Shown here: in pieces, positions 41,897 through 52,813 of the stretch
Position numbering within the stretch: position 1 is the first letter of the stretch
Layout of the letters: each line of letters opens with the position of its first letter
DNA from: Setoptus koraiensis
Taxonomy: Eukaryota > Animalia > Arthropoda
NCBI GenBank assembly: GCA_048013815.1
Contig: CM106586.1
Coordinates: forward strand, 496,001 to 560,000
DNA: 64,000 nucleotides
Reading direction: 5' to 3'
Made by a program: the position numbers and the translations under genes
The notes under the pieces: model-generated
What the model was told of the DNA's origin: nothing
Databases searched by the model: none
Seen by the model: only the letters and a program-made list of their open reading frames with translations

Positions 41897-42418
41897 GTCC
41901 CTCCCAAAGTCTCAGCCGGCCGCCGCTAGCACTAGCCAACAACAATCGGTTGCTGTTCATCCAGCAGCAACAGCAAGCCAACAAACCGCCGGCCAATATC
42001 AATATGCTGCCTTTGGCATGAGCGGGCCAGGCGGACCCGCAGCAGGACACTCAGATTTAGCGAGACACACAACAGAATTCGGCCAAGAAGGTATCCAATT
42101 GAATCAATTTACATTGGCCGGCATAACCACTAACACAGGCCCCGGCGGACAGATAATTAATATCGATAGTGGCGGCCAGCAGCAGCAGCAACCATGTAAT
42201 ATTAGCGGAATTTTCGATAGGACAACATATTCCGAGGGCTCAATGACCAATTCCGGTTCAACACAGTACAACGCGCAACGTTTTGAGCCACTCGAACATC
42301 GGCACGATTTGTGCCATAGGTGCACAATTAATGTTGGTGGACTTAAATTCGAAACAACATTGAGAACACTGAATCAATTTCCGGACTCGTTATTGGGTAA
42401 TCCAATTAAAAGGATTAG
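41897..42418 (+). CDS. Sh: Shaker constant exon: SLPK, long linker, start of T1 domain
   Basis: Acceptor TTTTAAG|G, donor AG|GTGAGT. Encodes [41 protein letters not shown]. The track's MYVYIPILL... start is read-through of the intron's pyrimidine tract. Confidence 0.93.
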
Positions 42419-42484
42419 GTGAGTACCGAGCAACGATGCTTCACTGCAGCGTTCGAGCTGCTGCATGGCAACTGAAAGATATCG

Positions 42485-42575
42485 ACGGAAAAAAGCGAAA
42501 AAAGCGAAAAAGGCGAAAAAGGCGAAAAAAGTGAAAAAAGCGAAAAAAGTGAAAAATTCGAAAAAAAGTGAAAAA
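42485..42575. repeat. A-rich 9-bp tandem repeat (GCGAAAAAA-like) in a Shaker intron
   Basis: Direct reading; gives the spurious KKA and FAF ORFs. Confidence 0.85.
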
Positions 42576-43555
42576 AGACCGAGCCACCAAAACAGCGTCG
42601 CTCGGACAGAGACGAGCAGAAAAGTGACGCCAAAAAGTGCGTCGAAACATGGCGCCGAAAACAGAGTGCCGAATAAGGTCAATGAAAAACGGTGTTTCGG
42701 ACAGTTGAAACAAGTTTCAGCTGATAGGCCCAACAACGACGACAGATCCGGCGGGAGGGCGGCGAAATGGATTGATCAAATTAATAGAAGCCGATAAATG
42801 CTCGCCTAGCTGGTGGCAGAAAAAAGAAGCAGCCGCCAAAAGCAACATTAGCAACAGTGTTCGAATTGCATTTGGCATCGTGACGGTACGTGACAAATGA
42901 CGTAATACTGTGCGATCGTCACACACAGCTTGTTAGATGTCGCTCCGATCACTTTTGCGTGTGTTAGTGCGTGTGTTTTGAATTAGAGAACGGGGCCTCA
43001 AATTGGGTGCATTTGAATCGAATGGACTTTATTTGTCAGTGCTATGTAGTTGTGCCCGGTCGTGGGCATTTGTGGCCGCTTTTCGACCAGCGCCATTCAG
43101 TAGAAATTGTGCCATATAAATGGACAAAATAATGCTGATTTGCAAGTGCACCGAGCAAGTTATTTATTGAACCAATTAGCAGACTTGTATGAGAGACAAG
43201 ATAGAGTACGGGTGCACCAAAACCAGAAAGTGCCCTCCCCCCCACCCCCATGAATGCGGTGCAGCCAGCTCATGATGGCCGCAAGCTAGCAAGTTAACCC
43301 TTTTACCCAGCGGGCCCAATGATCGATCCGAGGTGATGCGCTATTTGACAGCACCAATCTAGACAAACAACAACAACATCATCGGCTCGTTTGGGTAACC
43401 TAACAAGTGACACGACAGCTGTCAGTTGTTGGCTAGCAGCTACCTGCGACCAGCCAAGCCAGACAGCACTGCAAAATGGGCGCTGCCGTCAGTGGGAGCG
43501 GAGTCATCTTCGATGAATGCTGATAGTGGCTGCACTTGCTGCCCATCGAAGAGAA

Positions 43556-43620
43556 CGCGCTTCGAAAAGAGTGCGCTTCGAAAAGAATGCGCCCCGAAAA
43601 GAATGCACCCCGAAAAGAGG
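43556..43620. repeat. 17-bp tandem repeat (CGAAAAGARTGCRCYYY) in a Shaker intron
   Basis: About four units read directly. Confidence 0.8.
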
Positions 43621-45304
43621 GGCCCGTTATCATCATTTTATTTCTGGCTCATATTTCGCTGGATCATGTTTCGCTCGCTTCGTGTTCCGGCGACCCATGT
43701 CTAATGGTGCCTGTGTATGGCTGTCTGCCGTGTTGCTTGTTCGGCCCCATGTGCATATCACGACAAGATTAATAAAAATTTGCCACACCCTCGAGACGAG
43801 AGCGATCGTTTGTTATCACGGTTCTCGATTCCTGGCTACCGGTCACACCAGTGAGTCTTGCCTGTCTCACCTGTGCGAGCTACCTTTCTTGCGCAACCTG
43901 TATTGTGATTGAGAGCGACAGCAGTGGGCTAATTCATCATCTTCGCGCGAACCATTATCTATTGGCGTCTAGACTGGCTGAATGACGGGCCCGTTGGCCA
44001 GTCAAGTGAGCCAGCTCCATACGGATATTATTGGCTTCGGATTGGAATTTCGAGTGTTACGGCATGCAGTGAACATTGATCTTTTTTTACAGCAACGCAT
44101 TAGCGGTGGCGTTGAACGTTGCATGCATCATGCAACAACAAAATAGCTATTGTCGCCATTAACAACATCACACAATCGATGCTGACTTGCGGCTGCTCTT
44201 ATCATCATATAGTGCCCCTTTCTTATATTGTAATACTCGTTTTATAGCAGCGAATCTAGGCCCTTGCATGGGGCGCCACGAAATAACGCCACCAATGAGA
44301 AGAAGACGAGGGCAAGAAAAAGAAGCGGATAGATTGGCGTTGTTGTGTTGGATCATTAGTCGCCGTTGACGGCACCGTGCATGCTCATTATGCACTGTAT
44401 GCGACTTGCAAATTGTCAGTCGCGAGAATTCAAATTCAAGAGGCGGAGAGAGAAAGCAATTGTGCCTCAACAAAATTGGATTTATGGTTTGTCGCTTAGA
44501 ATTTTCGCTGCTGCTCATTAGTTTATTAGTTATGCAGTTATGTAATATCTCTTTTTGCTCTCTGCATCCCTCTCTCGCTTGCTCTCTCAGCTGCGCGCTG
44601 CTGTTTCGATCGCAACCGATGACTTGTTTCTCGGGGTGCTCTTGATAAAAAGTGTCCGCTAAATAGGACAACAATATTCAAGAGATACGCTGGCGTCTAT
44701 CGAGAGCCATTCTCTTTTTCGTTGCGCCACCGTTGCACAAACGAGCCTTGAATTCCGATTGCGAATTCGATGTGGCTGCCGTTGTTGTGATCTTGGTTGT
44801 ACAATACTTCAACTAAAACTAGGCAAGCCAGCCCATGAAAGCTAATCTATAGATATGGCAGCGGCATTAGCGCGAACAAAATGAGATTTTGTCTCATGTA
44901 ACTCATGAATAATAGAAAATTGATAGCGATGGTGTGTCACTAAAGACTTTAAATGTATAATCTTTGCGCGCTTAGCACTCTCCATCTGATCCCTCTGGCC
45001 ATCAAACAAGCCGATTTTCATATTGGTTTGGTAAACAAAGTCCAAACTTATGTTATGTCAGCCTGGGGTCACTGCCGTTGAAATCTAGCGCATGGCTTGC
45101 AAACAGAATTGAAAATCAGCTGGCTCGGGGCAAGGCTAACTTGCAATATGAGGCCAGCTTTCGGTACAAGGCTGGCTTCGGATTATTTTTTTCGGCTCAT
45201 TTTTAAATTTGAAGAGGCGATTTTGCTAAAAATAATAATAATAATAACAGAGTAAAGCTAATGTATTGTCGTTGTTATCTTGTTATTGGTTGCGCTCAAC
45301 ACAG

Positions 45305-45585
45305 GTACTTTGACCATGTAAGAAACGAGTATTTTTTCGACAGGAACAGACATTGCTTCGAGGCCATTCTTTATTACTATCAGAGTGGCGGACGCCTTAG
45401 GAGGCCGGTCAACATACCCCTGGATGTGTTTATTGATGAGATAAAATTCTATGAGTTAGGCGAGCAGACATTGGCAAAATTTCGAGAGGACGAAGGCTTC
45501 ATAAAGGAGGCCGAGAAGCCGATGCCCCAGAATGAGACGCAACGTCGCGTTTGGCTTCTATTCGAGTATCCCGAATCTTCGCAGG
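45305..45585 (+). CDS. Sh: Shaker exon: rest of T1 domain to pre-S1
   Basis: CAG|G acceptor, G|GTAGGT donor; [15 protein letters not shown]...[14 protein letters not shown]...[11 protein letters not shown]. Confidence 0.96.
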
Positions 45586-45963
45586 GTAGGTGCCCATACA
45601 CAATTGTGTTGCCTGTCATACCATTTGTCGCATTTAATGCCACCTCCAGCAACATAAATCACGTGTATCGCATGTGTGTTATAATAAACTATAAAACATG
45701 CATCTCTTCCATTATAATCACGCTGTTACATAACATTGGCGGCGGATAATTGGCGCCAACAACAACAACACCAACAACTGGAACAACAACAACTGGAACA
45801 ACACACCCCTGAATGGCGACACACGTGGCTAAATGTGGCTCACGGCACGTGAACCTGCTCGTGCAACCGGACCGGACAACCGCACCAACTCGACGACTGA
45901 AATATCACGATACGATATATGCATCGGATATATGCATCGCATATATGCATGCACGAATAAAAG

Positions 45964-46151
45964 GTGCTCGCATTGTGGCCATTATCTCTGTGGTGGTGAT
46001 ACTGCTGTCGATAGTGATATTTTGCTTAGAGACATTGCCCGAATTTAAGCGTTACACCATCCTGTACACCACCACTAATTTGACGCGCATAGTCGAAGAC
46101 GAGGTGCCCACCTTAACAGAGCCATTCTTTCTCATAGAGACCACGTGCATA
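45964..46151 (+). CDS. Sh: Shaker exon: S1, S1-S2 loop, start of S2
   Basis: AAG|GT acceptor, ATA|GTAAGT donor; [27 protein letters not shown]...[10 protein letters not shown]. Confidence 0.95.
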
Positions 46152-46463
46152 GTAAGTAAATAGCAACAATATTGGCCTGTTTGCTCAGTTGATCCCCTTT
46201 TGGCCTAAGCGTCCGCTGCTCGGCTCACTTTGCCGGAATTTGCAGTAGCTTTGCTGTGGCCAACACTCTTACAATTGGGGCCCACAGTCCATCAATGACG
46301 GGAGAGATATTTCCACTCACTCTAACGTCTCACCTTTTGTTGTTATTTATATCCGCACATATTGTGTTTGCGCAACGCGCGCACAAACATTTACGTCAAC
46401 AAACAAATTTTGTTGGTCGCTCGAACAATCTTGCCATTGATCCCATTGCGCCAATCACCCAAG

Positions 46464-46571
46464 ATATGGTTCTCGCTCGAGCTCATAGTCAGGTTTCTCG
46501 CCTGTCCAAGCAAAATTGCCTTCCTCAAGGATATTATGAACATTATCGATTTTGTTGCCATAGTGCCCTAC
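46464..46571 (+). CDS. Sh: Shaker exon: S2-S3
   Basis: AAG|ATA acceptor, TAC|GTGAGT donor; [17 protein letters not shown]...[12 protein letters not shown]. Confidence 0.95.
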
Positions 46572-46834
46572 GTGAGTAAGCCCATACACCATTTGGCCAG
46601 GTTTGTTGTGGGGCCCATTGAGACGCTGGCTCGATGGCAAGCGAGCGGGAGCACGTTCCGGCGTCCGTTTCAACGGCCATAAAATTGATCGGCTCACTAA
46701 CGAACTTGGCCTTATTTTCTTCGTCTCATCTCATTCTTCGCATTGTTGCTGTTTTTGCTAACTGCGCACACTTATCTTGCCATTCATACTATTTATTATT
46801 ACATACATATGCACAAATACAACAACATCGCCAG

Positions 46835-49051
46835 TTCATAACTCTGGCCACTATTTTAACGGATGAACGCGACGACGAGGCGCGCATCGCCGCCAGAATA
46901 ACGGGCTGGCAAGTGGCGCAAATACCCGAACAGAGCAGAGGAACCATGTCGGCCCAATCAAACCAAGCCATGTCTTTAGCCATACTGAGAGTGATACGTC
47001 TAGTTAGAGTATTTAGAATATTTAAATTATCGCGACATTCAAAGGGCCTGCAAATATTGGGTCGCACATTGAGGGCATCGATGCGCGAATTGGGCTTATT
47101 AATATTCTTTCTATTCATTGGTGTTATATTGTTCTCATCGGCAGTGTATTATGCCGAGGCCGATTCCGAGAAATCATATTTCAAATCAATACCGGACGCC
47201 TTCTGGTGGGCAGTTGTCACAATGACCACCGTTGGTTATGGCGACATGCGTCCAGTGGGTGTCTGGGGCAAAATTGTGGGCTCATTGTGCGCTATAGCGG
47301 GTGTATTAACAATTGCATTGCCAGTGCCTGTGATAGTGTCTAATTTTTCATATTTTTACAGGCGCGAAAACGAAAATGATGACACGGGCGTCAACGAATT
47401 TCAGCACGTTACAACATGTCCATTTATGTCCGCCACAAACGCAGCAACTGTTTTGCCTCCAACTACCACAACAACCACAACCACAACTACAACAACAACA
47501 ACAACGGATAATATGACACAGGGTGGGCTCAATTGTTTGGCGCCGACAAACAACAGAATGGGAGATCAGGTGATATTTTCTGACGCAGCGGAAGAAAAAC
47601 CACTGATTGATGGTCGAGCTAGTAACAGAGCGGCCGACGAGGCCAAGGAACAGATTGATTGCTGTTACTCCTGTTGGACTTGCTGTCCCAGTCTGCATTG
47701 TCACTGTTGTTGTTGGCCCTATTCGCCGTCGGCTGGTGACACTTTGGCATTGTTGAGCACAAACGGGCGGACTGATGGGCCCAATTCAGTGGCAGATTCT
47801 GGCAAACAGGAGGCCAATTTCCGTCAAGATTCTGCCGCCGATTCTGAGGCCAACAACCAAAGTAAACAATTGCGACAAAAGCTCACAGCAAGCTCACTTC
47901 CACTCATACTGCCAAGCCAACAGGCTGCTATCCACTTGATGATGACCACCACTGATTGCGTCATTCATGATACTAGTAGTAATTCCACAGATTGTGACAC
48001 AAACAAAACAACGGTCGCCGCTAACAGCAACAAACGGCAAGCAACATCATTGTGTAAATTGTCGCAATCTCTCAGAGCCATCAATTATTGGCCCGTTAGT
48101 AAGGCCGATGATGGCGCCACTCACAGATCTTCCATGCAACGTGTTCCTAGCCAGGACAGTGCAACAACAACAACAACAGCACCTACGATGCCCACAAAAA
48201 CAGCTCACGGCAGCAAATTGGTTGCAGAACCGGAAGCCGAAAACAACCAGCAAATAACGGCCAAGAGTTTGAGCACAGTTTTGAAGAATGACACCAACAA
48301 GTCATGCGATCACTGCTGTTGCTATTGTTGTTGCAGTTATCATATTTATAATTGTCACAAGTTGTTCTATCTTCATAAGCAACTGTCGGATATAATGAAT
48401 GCAACAACTGGCGCTACTGTTTCCACTAACCAATTTCAGTCATTTCGATTAGCATCGCTCAATCATGTAAGAAACAATTACGATCATCATTCAAATCAAC
48501 TAGTCAACAAACAGTCAACAACAAACAAGAAGTTTCCCACCTCCTATTCTTGCCAGGATCTTGTACAATACAATGGAAACAACAACAATCAGATGAATAA
48601 GCCCCATATTCAAAATTGCTATGTCAGGTGTAGTCATTGGACAAAAGCACCTAATACCAGTATCGACAATAGCCAGCCGCTGTTCACCATTGAAAATAAT
48701 TGTATGTCGAGCAACAGTAATCAACATTATACTGGTCATTTGCATTACATTCAGAAACATCAGCATCAAATGCATCATCGCTTCCATCGTCAGCATCTAC
48801 AGCTTCACGATTCTCATCATGCCCATGCTCATATTCATCAGCAATGGAACCAATCAATTGGATTGAATTCTTACAATGAACAAAATGCCAAAGCATTTAA
48901 CAGTAAAACGTTGCCAATTGGATGTAATACAACAAAAAGGAGATTAACATTCTCAGGAGATTGCGAACAGCCAATTAAAGAGAGCACAAATGACGGCATT
49001 CAATTACCGGTAGATACAATCAATGATCGCACAGACACGACCATTACATAG
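46835..49051 (+). CDS. Sh: Shaker last exon: S3b, S4, S5, pore, S6 and a C-tail of about 560 aa
   Basis: CAG|TTC acceptor; S4 [24 protein letters not shown], filter [15 protein letters not shown]; stop TAG at 49049-49051. The six exons from 35688 sum to 3477 nt, or 1158 aa. Confidence 0.96.
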   Translation, partial: FITLATILTDERDDEARIAARITGWQVAQIPEQSRGTMSAQSNQAMSLAILRVIRLVRVFRIFKLSRHSKGLQILGRTLRASMRELGLLIFFLFIGVILFSSAVYYAEADSEKSYFKSIPDAFWWAVVTMTTVGYGDMRPVGVWGKIVGSLCAIAGVLTIALPVPVIVSNFSYFYRRENENDDTGVNEFQHVTTCPFMSATNAATVLPPTTTTTTTTTTTTTTTDNMTQGGLNCLAPTNNRMGDQVIFSDAAEEKPLIDGRASNRAADEAKEQIDCCYSCWTCCPSLHCHCCCWPYSPSAGDTLALLSTNGRTDGPNSVADSGKQEANFRQDSAADSEANNQSKQLRQKLTASSLPLILPSQQAAIHLMMTTTDCVIHDTSSNSTDCDTNKTTVAANSNKRQATSLCKLSQSLRAINYWPVSKADDGATHRSSMQRVPSQDSATTTTTAPTMPTKTAHGSKLVAEPEAENNQQITAKSLSTVLKNDTNKSCDHCCCYCCCSYHIYNCHKLFYLHKQLSDIMNATTGATVSTNQFQSFRLASLNHVRNNYDHHSNQLVNKQSTTNKKFPTSYSCQDLVQYNGNNNNQMNKPHIQNCYVRCSHWTKAPNTSIDNSQPLFTIENNCMSSNSNQHYTGHLHYIQKHQHQMHHRFHRQHLQLHDSHHAHAHIHQQWNQSIGLNSYNEQNAKAFNSKTLPIGCNTTKRRLTFSGDCEQPIKESTNDGIQLPVDTINDRTDTTIT

Positions 49052-49579
49052 TCTAATATTTATAGCAATACGTTATTTCACATACCGCAAACCAACGCAA
49101 CCAAACAGCCAAGAACAAGTTAATTGTGATAGTCTATCTACAAACTTAATTCATTATTTTGTTCAAATGTCAAATTTTGAACGGTTTTAGGAAAAGATAT
49201 TACACACTAGAGTGTGGGGAGTATAAATGATTAAATAATGTAAAACAATACCTCACTATTTACTTTATTCGATTTGGCTTACGCGAGATAAAAATTTTAA
49301 TTTCACTTAAGTTACATGAATGATTGTGAATCGCCCAATCGTATTTATTGACTCGACCCCTCTACAGTGATAACCGGAATCACTCATGGTCTATAAAGAG
49401 ATATTGAAATGGCAGATTACGTTCGCGTAGTGCTTTAAACAATTTTGTCTTTCTTTAATTTTTCCTTCGCAATTGATGCCTTAGACGCTAGAACCTTAAA
49501 GAAAAAATCTTTTTTTTTGTTTGATCGAAATCACTGTTTTATTGTTATTCAATCAATACGTAGGTTCGGGAAGAGTGCC

Positions 49580-49706
49580 GGGTGTTCTTCGGAACGCGTA
49601 CCAAGCCCGATTCCCTCCAAACTTCACACATGGGCCCCGAAAAGGCCGCAAAAAACAAATAAAGTGGTTCGGAAGTGCGGAAATTTTTACTTCCGGATAT
49701 ATCGAA
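49580..49706 (+). mobile_element. M0: truncated left end of the GG-ended MITE family
   Basis: Gap-free alignment to the first 60 bp of M1 (49870 onward) plus the CGGAAGTGCGGAAA motif; cut off by element H1. Confidence 0.6.
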
Positions 49707-49830
49707 CAAGTTTTACTGATTATACCAGTATAAGAGCGCTTAATTTTTCCAGTGGATGATCGTAGTATTGAGAGAAAACGCACGCTGATGTATGCACAGC
49801 AATGTTTGAGCGTAGATGTGCCGATTTTTA
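49707..49830 (-). mobile_element. H1: truncated end of a DINE-1/Helentron-like element
   Basis: CAAG, degenerate TACTG..CAGTA hairpin and GAGCGCTTAATTTTT subterminal repeat, as in H2-H4; right boundary approximate. Confidence 0.5.
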
Positions 49831-49869
49831 TAAGCTGTGAGTCTCATATATAAACAGGCGCACGGTTCG

Positions 49870-50669
49870 GGGTATTCTATGGAATAGCGCCACACTCCGA
49901 ATTGGATGAAACTTTACACATGGGTCCCGTAGAGCCCCCTGAGAATTCTTTGAGTGGTCCGGACGTGCGGAAACTCCCGGTTCCGGTTTTACATAAACGT
50001 GCAGATACAGCCTTGAAACTTGATATGCAGCCTTATTTGACTGCGTTGAGCACGATGAAGTCATTTTGATATCTGTTGGACTTCCGGTTTCTGAGATAAT
50101 GAGCGATAGTAATGAAATTCGACAGTAGACAGTCTGTTGCACAACCTACTTTCGTGTATGGATTGCAGTCATGTGAGCGGAGGGTAGAGGGCGCAGCCCG
50201 ATACCCGAAGCGCTCATCAACCCTACCCGAAGGGTTCCCGTCGCACGGAGTCGTCGCGGTAGCGACGACGGAGATGTGACGGCCTCCAGAATACGAGGCC
50301 GCAGGCCGAGTTCTCAGAACAATCGCAGGCTTTTGTTCGAGTGAAGCGAAGCTCAAATCTGAAAAAAGTTTGTTGATGGAACGCTCTTGCTTAATTTTCG
50401 AGTCACTTTTATCAACTCTGAAAGTAACCAGATCGGTTTGGAATAAGTTTGTCTACCCAAAAATATGAAAAAATACCCTACAAAATACCTCAGAAACCGC
50501 TAGCGGTCGTCGGGTACAGAGAAACGCCTCCCGTGCGGTACCTCGGTTATCTCGGGAACTAAGAATTTCCGCACTTCCGGAATACCCATTCCGGTATCAA
50601 AGTACAATATCCTACCCGAAAATACCCAAAAATACCCAAAAAACTGTGGCGCTATTCCATAGAATAACC
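49870..50669 (+). mobile_element. M1: non-autonomous TIR element (Merlin- or MULE-like), 800 bp
   Basis: 25-bp TIR GG(G/T)TATTCTATGGAATAGCGCCACA with one mismatch; 8-bp TSD ACGGTTCG at 49862-49869 and 50670-50677; no transposase. Confidence 0.88.
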
Positions 50670-50810
50670 ACGGTTCGTTTTCTGTACCTTTTTTGAAAAG
50701 TAAAATAAAAGTTATAATAAAACTACAATAGGTTAACAGCCAAATTTGGTGGCAAGCCAAAATTTGTGCGCTGACGAGTCAAAAAACCAAGTACCCAAAA
50801 AGTTAAGAAA

Positions 50811-52813
50811 ACGGCTTCCACAACCACCACAGTGAACAAGTTAACTGGTAATAAAAATTACACATCATGGAGGTTTGTGATGGAAAGTGTAATCGAAAGC
50901 AAAGAGCTCGAGAATGTTGTATATCAAGAAGTTCCAGAAGAAGACTACACAAAAATGAAGAAAAAGATGTTACAAGCCCGTGAGCTTATAACTACGGCAC
51001 TTGACCAACAAGTTATCGACCAGCTCTCAAACTGCAAGACAGCAAGTAGCATCTGGGCCAGACTAGAAAGTATATATCAACGTTAAAGTGAATGCAATCT
51101 CGAATCCCTTATTAATCAATTTTGGTCTATTAAAATGGAAGATAACTTCATGGCCCAGTATATAGGAAAAGTTGGTTTATCATATACAAGAGCGCCACAC
51201 TTTTTTCGGGTATTTTGGGTATTTTCGGGTAGGGTATTGTACCCTGATACCGCAATGGGTATTCCGGAAGTGCGGAAATTCCTCGTTCCCGAGATGACCG
51301 AGGTACCGCTCAGTGGGCGTTTCACGGTACCCGACAGCCGCTTGGGGATTTGCAGGTATTTTTTCGAGGTAATTTTTGGTACTTTGATGAGGTCGCATCA
51401 GATACAGCAAGGAATGGCAGAAATATGCCTCAGCTTCGCTCAGCTTGTGATGGGTCTGAGAACTCGGCCTGCGGCCTCGTAATTTGGAGGCCGTCACATC
51501 TCCGTCGTCGCTCCCGCGACGACTGCGTGCGACGGGAACCCTTCGGGTAGGGTTGATGAGCGCTTCGGGTATCGGGCTGCGCCCTCTACCCTCCGCTCAC
51601 GTGACTGCAATCCACACACCGACAGAAGAGATGATCAGATGATTGCGAACTGGGAGCATCCCATCGATTGCGCAGTTGTCAGATCTGACAGTTCATCAAT
51701 CAACGTAATTCCGACCAATTGCGCAAGTACAGCTTCTGACAGGGCTGCAGTTTTCTCGCTGCGAATGCCTTTTCAATTGACAATATTATGAGAACCAGAA
51801 GTTGTTCAGATCTGAAATTGGCGTCAGTATGTTGCATATGCTCTGATCAGGCTGTGTACCGAATTTCGAGTCTGTATCTCAAATTTTTTCTAAAACCGGA
51901 ACCGGAAGTTTCCGCACTTCCGGACTAGCGAAGTTAGTGTTCCGAGGCCCTGCGGGCCCCGTGTGTGAAGTTTCATTGAAATCGGAGTGTGGCGCTCTTG
52001 TATAGAATAACCCGAAAAGTTGAAACCTTAGCAGGAAAAATAAGGAACGCAGGTGAAGAATTAAGCGACAGATCTGTGAAAGCAAAGATACTAGGTGGTT
52101 TAGCGAAGCCTTATCAAGAATTCAGCAGGGCCTGGGATGCCACAGCTGAATCCGACAAAACTGTTGAAAATCTAATAGACCGTCTAATGAGAGATGAGGA
52201 TGTCCAAATGAAAAACAATAATGTAACCGCTGCTCTCTACTCCAATGTAAGGAAGTATAGACCTAATAATACAAATGATAGAGAACAGTCAAATAATAAT
52301 GATTCAACAAACAGAGAACAATCAAACAACAGAGAGAATCCTAACTGCTATAACTGTGGTAAAAGGGGACACTTAGCACGAAAATATCGCTCTAGACCAC
52401 AGGGAAACTATCAACCTAGACCACAGGGAAACCATCAACCTTGACCACAGGGAAACTATCAACCAAGATCACAAGAACCAAGAAGTGGCCCAATCACTTT
52501 CATGGCGAACATAGGTGAGAGAGAGGGTAACAAGTGGTATGCCGATTCAGGGGCCTCAAATCATATGTGTGGCAATCAAACTCTATTCCGTCGATATACA
52601 CAATTCAGCGAACCTAGACATATAATAGTGGGCAACAATGGGCAAATTCAAGCCGAAGGTCAAGGAGATATCTTTTTCAACAGTATCATCGACGAACATA
52701 CCAGATATGAAGTATGCCTGAAAAATGTACTATATGTTCCTGGTATAGCCGAAAACTTAGTTTCAATTAGTGTAGCAACCAAGCGAAATATGTCAGCTAT
52801 TTTTAGCGAAGAA
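50811..52813 (+). pseudogene. Decayed Ty1/Copia gag-protease, interrupted by M2 and truncated by H2
   Basis: KLTGNKNYTSW..., SIWARLE, KILGGL..Y.EF..AWD, CCHC knuckle CYNCGKRGHLARKY (last Cys now Tyr) and protease WYADSGASNHM. One frame once M2 plus one TSD copy are removed; nonsense codons at 51084 and 52442; probable start decayed to ACG at 50811. Confidence 0.9.
51174..52013 (-). mobile_element. M2: non-autonomous TIR element of the M family, 840 bp, opposite orientation to M1
   Basis: 26-bp TIR with three mismatches; 8-bp TSD GAAAAGTT at 51166-51173 and 52014-52021; removing it restores the gag frame (IGKV|ETLAG). Confidence 0.9.

Noticed and set aside
46634-46834. First 67 codons of the 805-aa track ORF
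   Set aside because: Intronic read-through; homology resumes at FITLA after CAG at 46834.
49828-51550. ORFs inside the M elements (also 59961-60327)
   Set aside because: No transposase motifs, and frames are not conserved between copies despite near-identical DNA.
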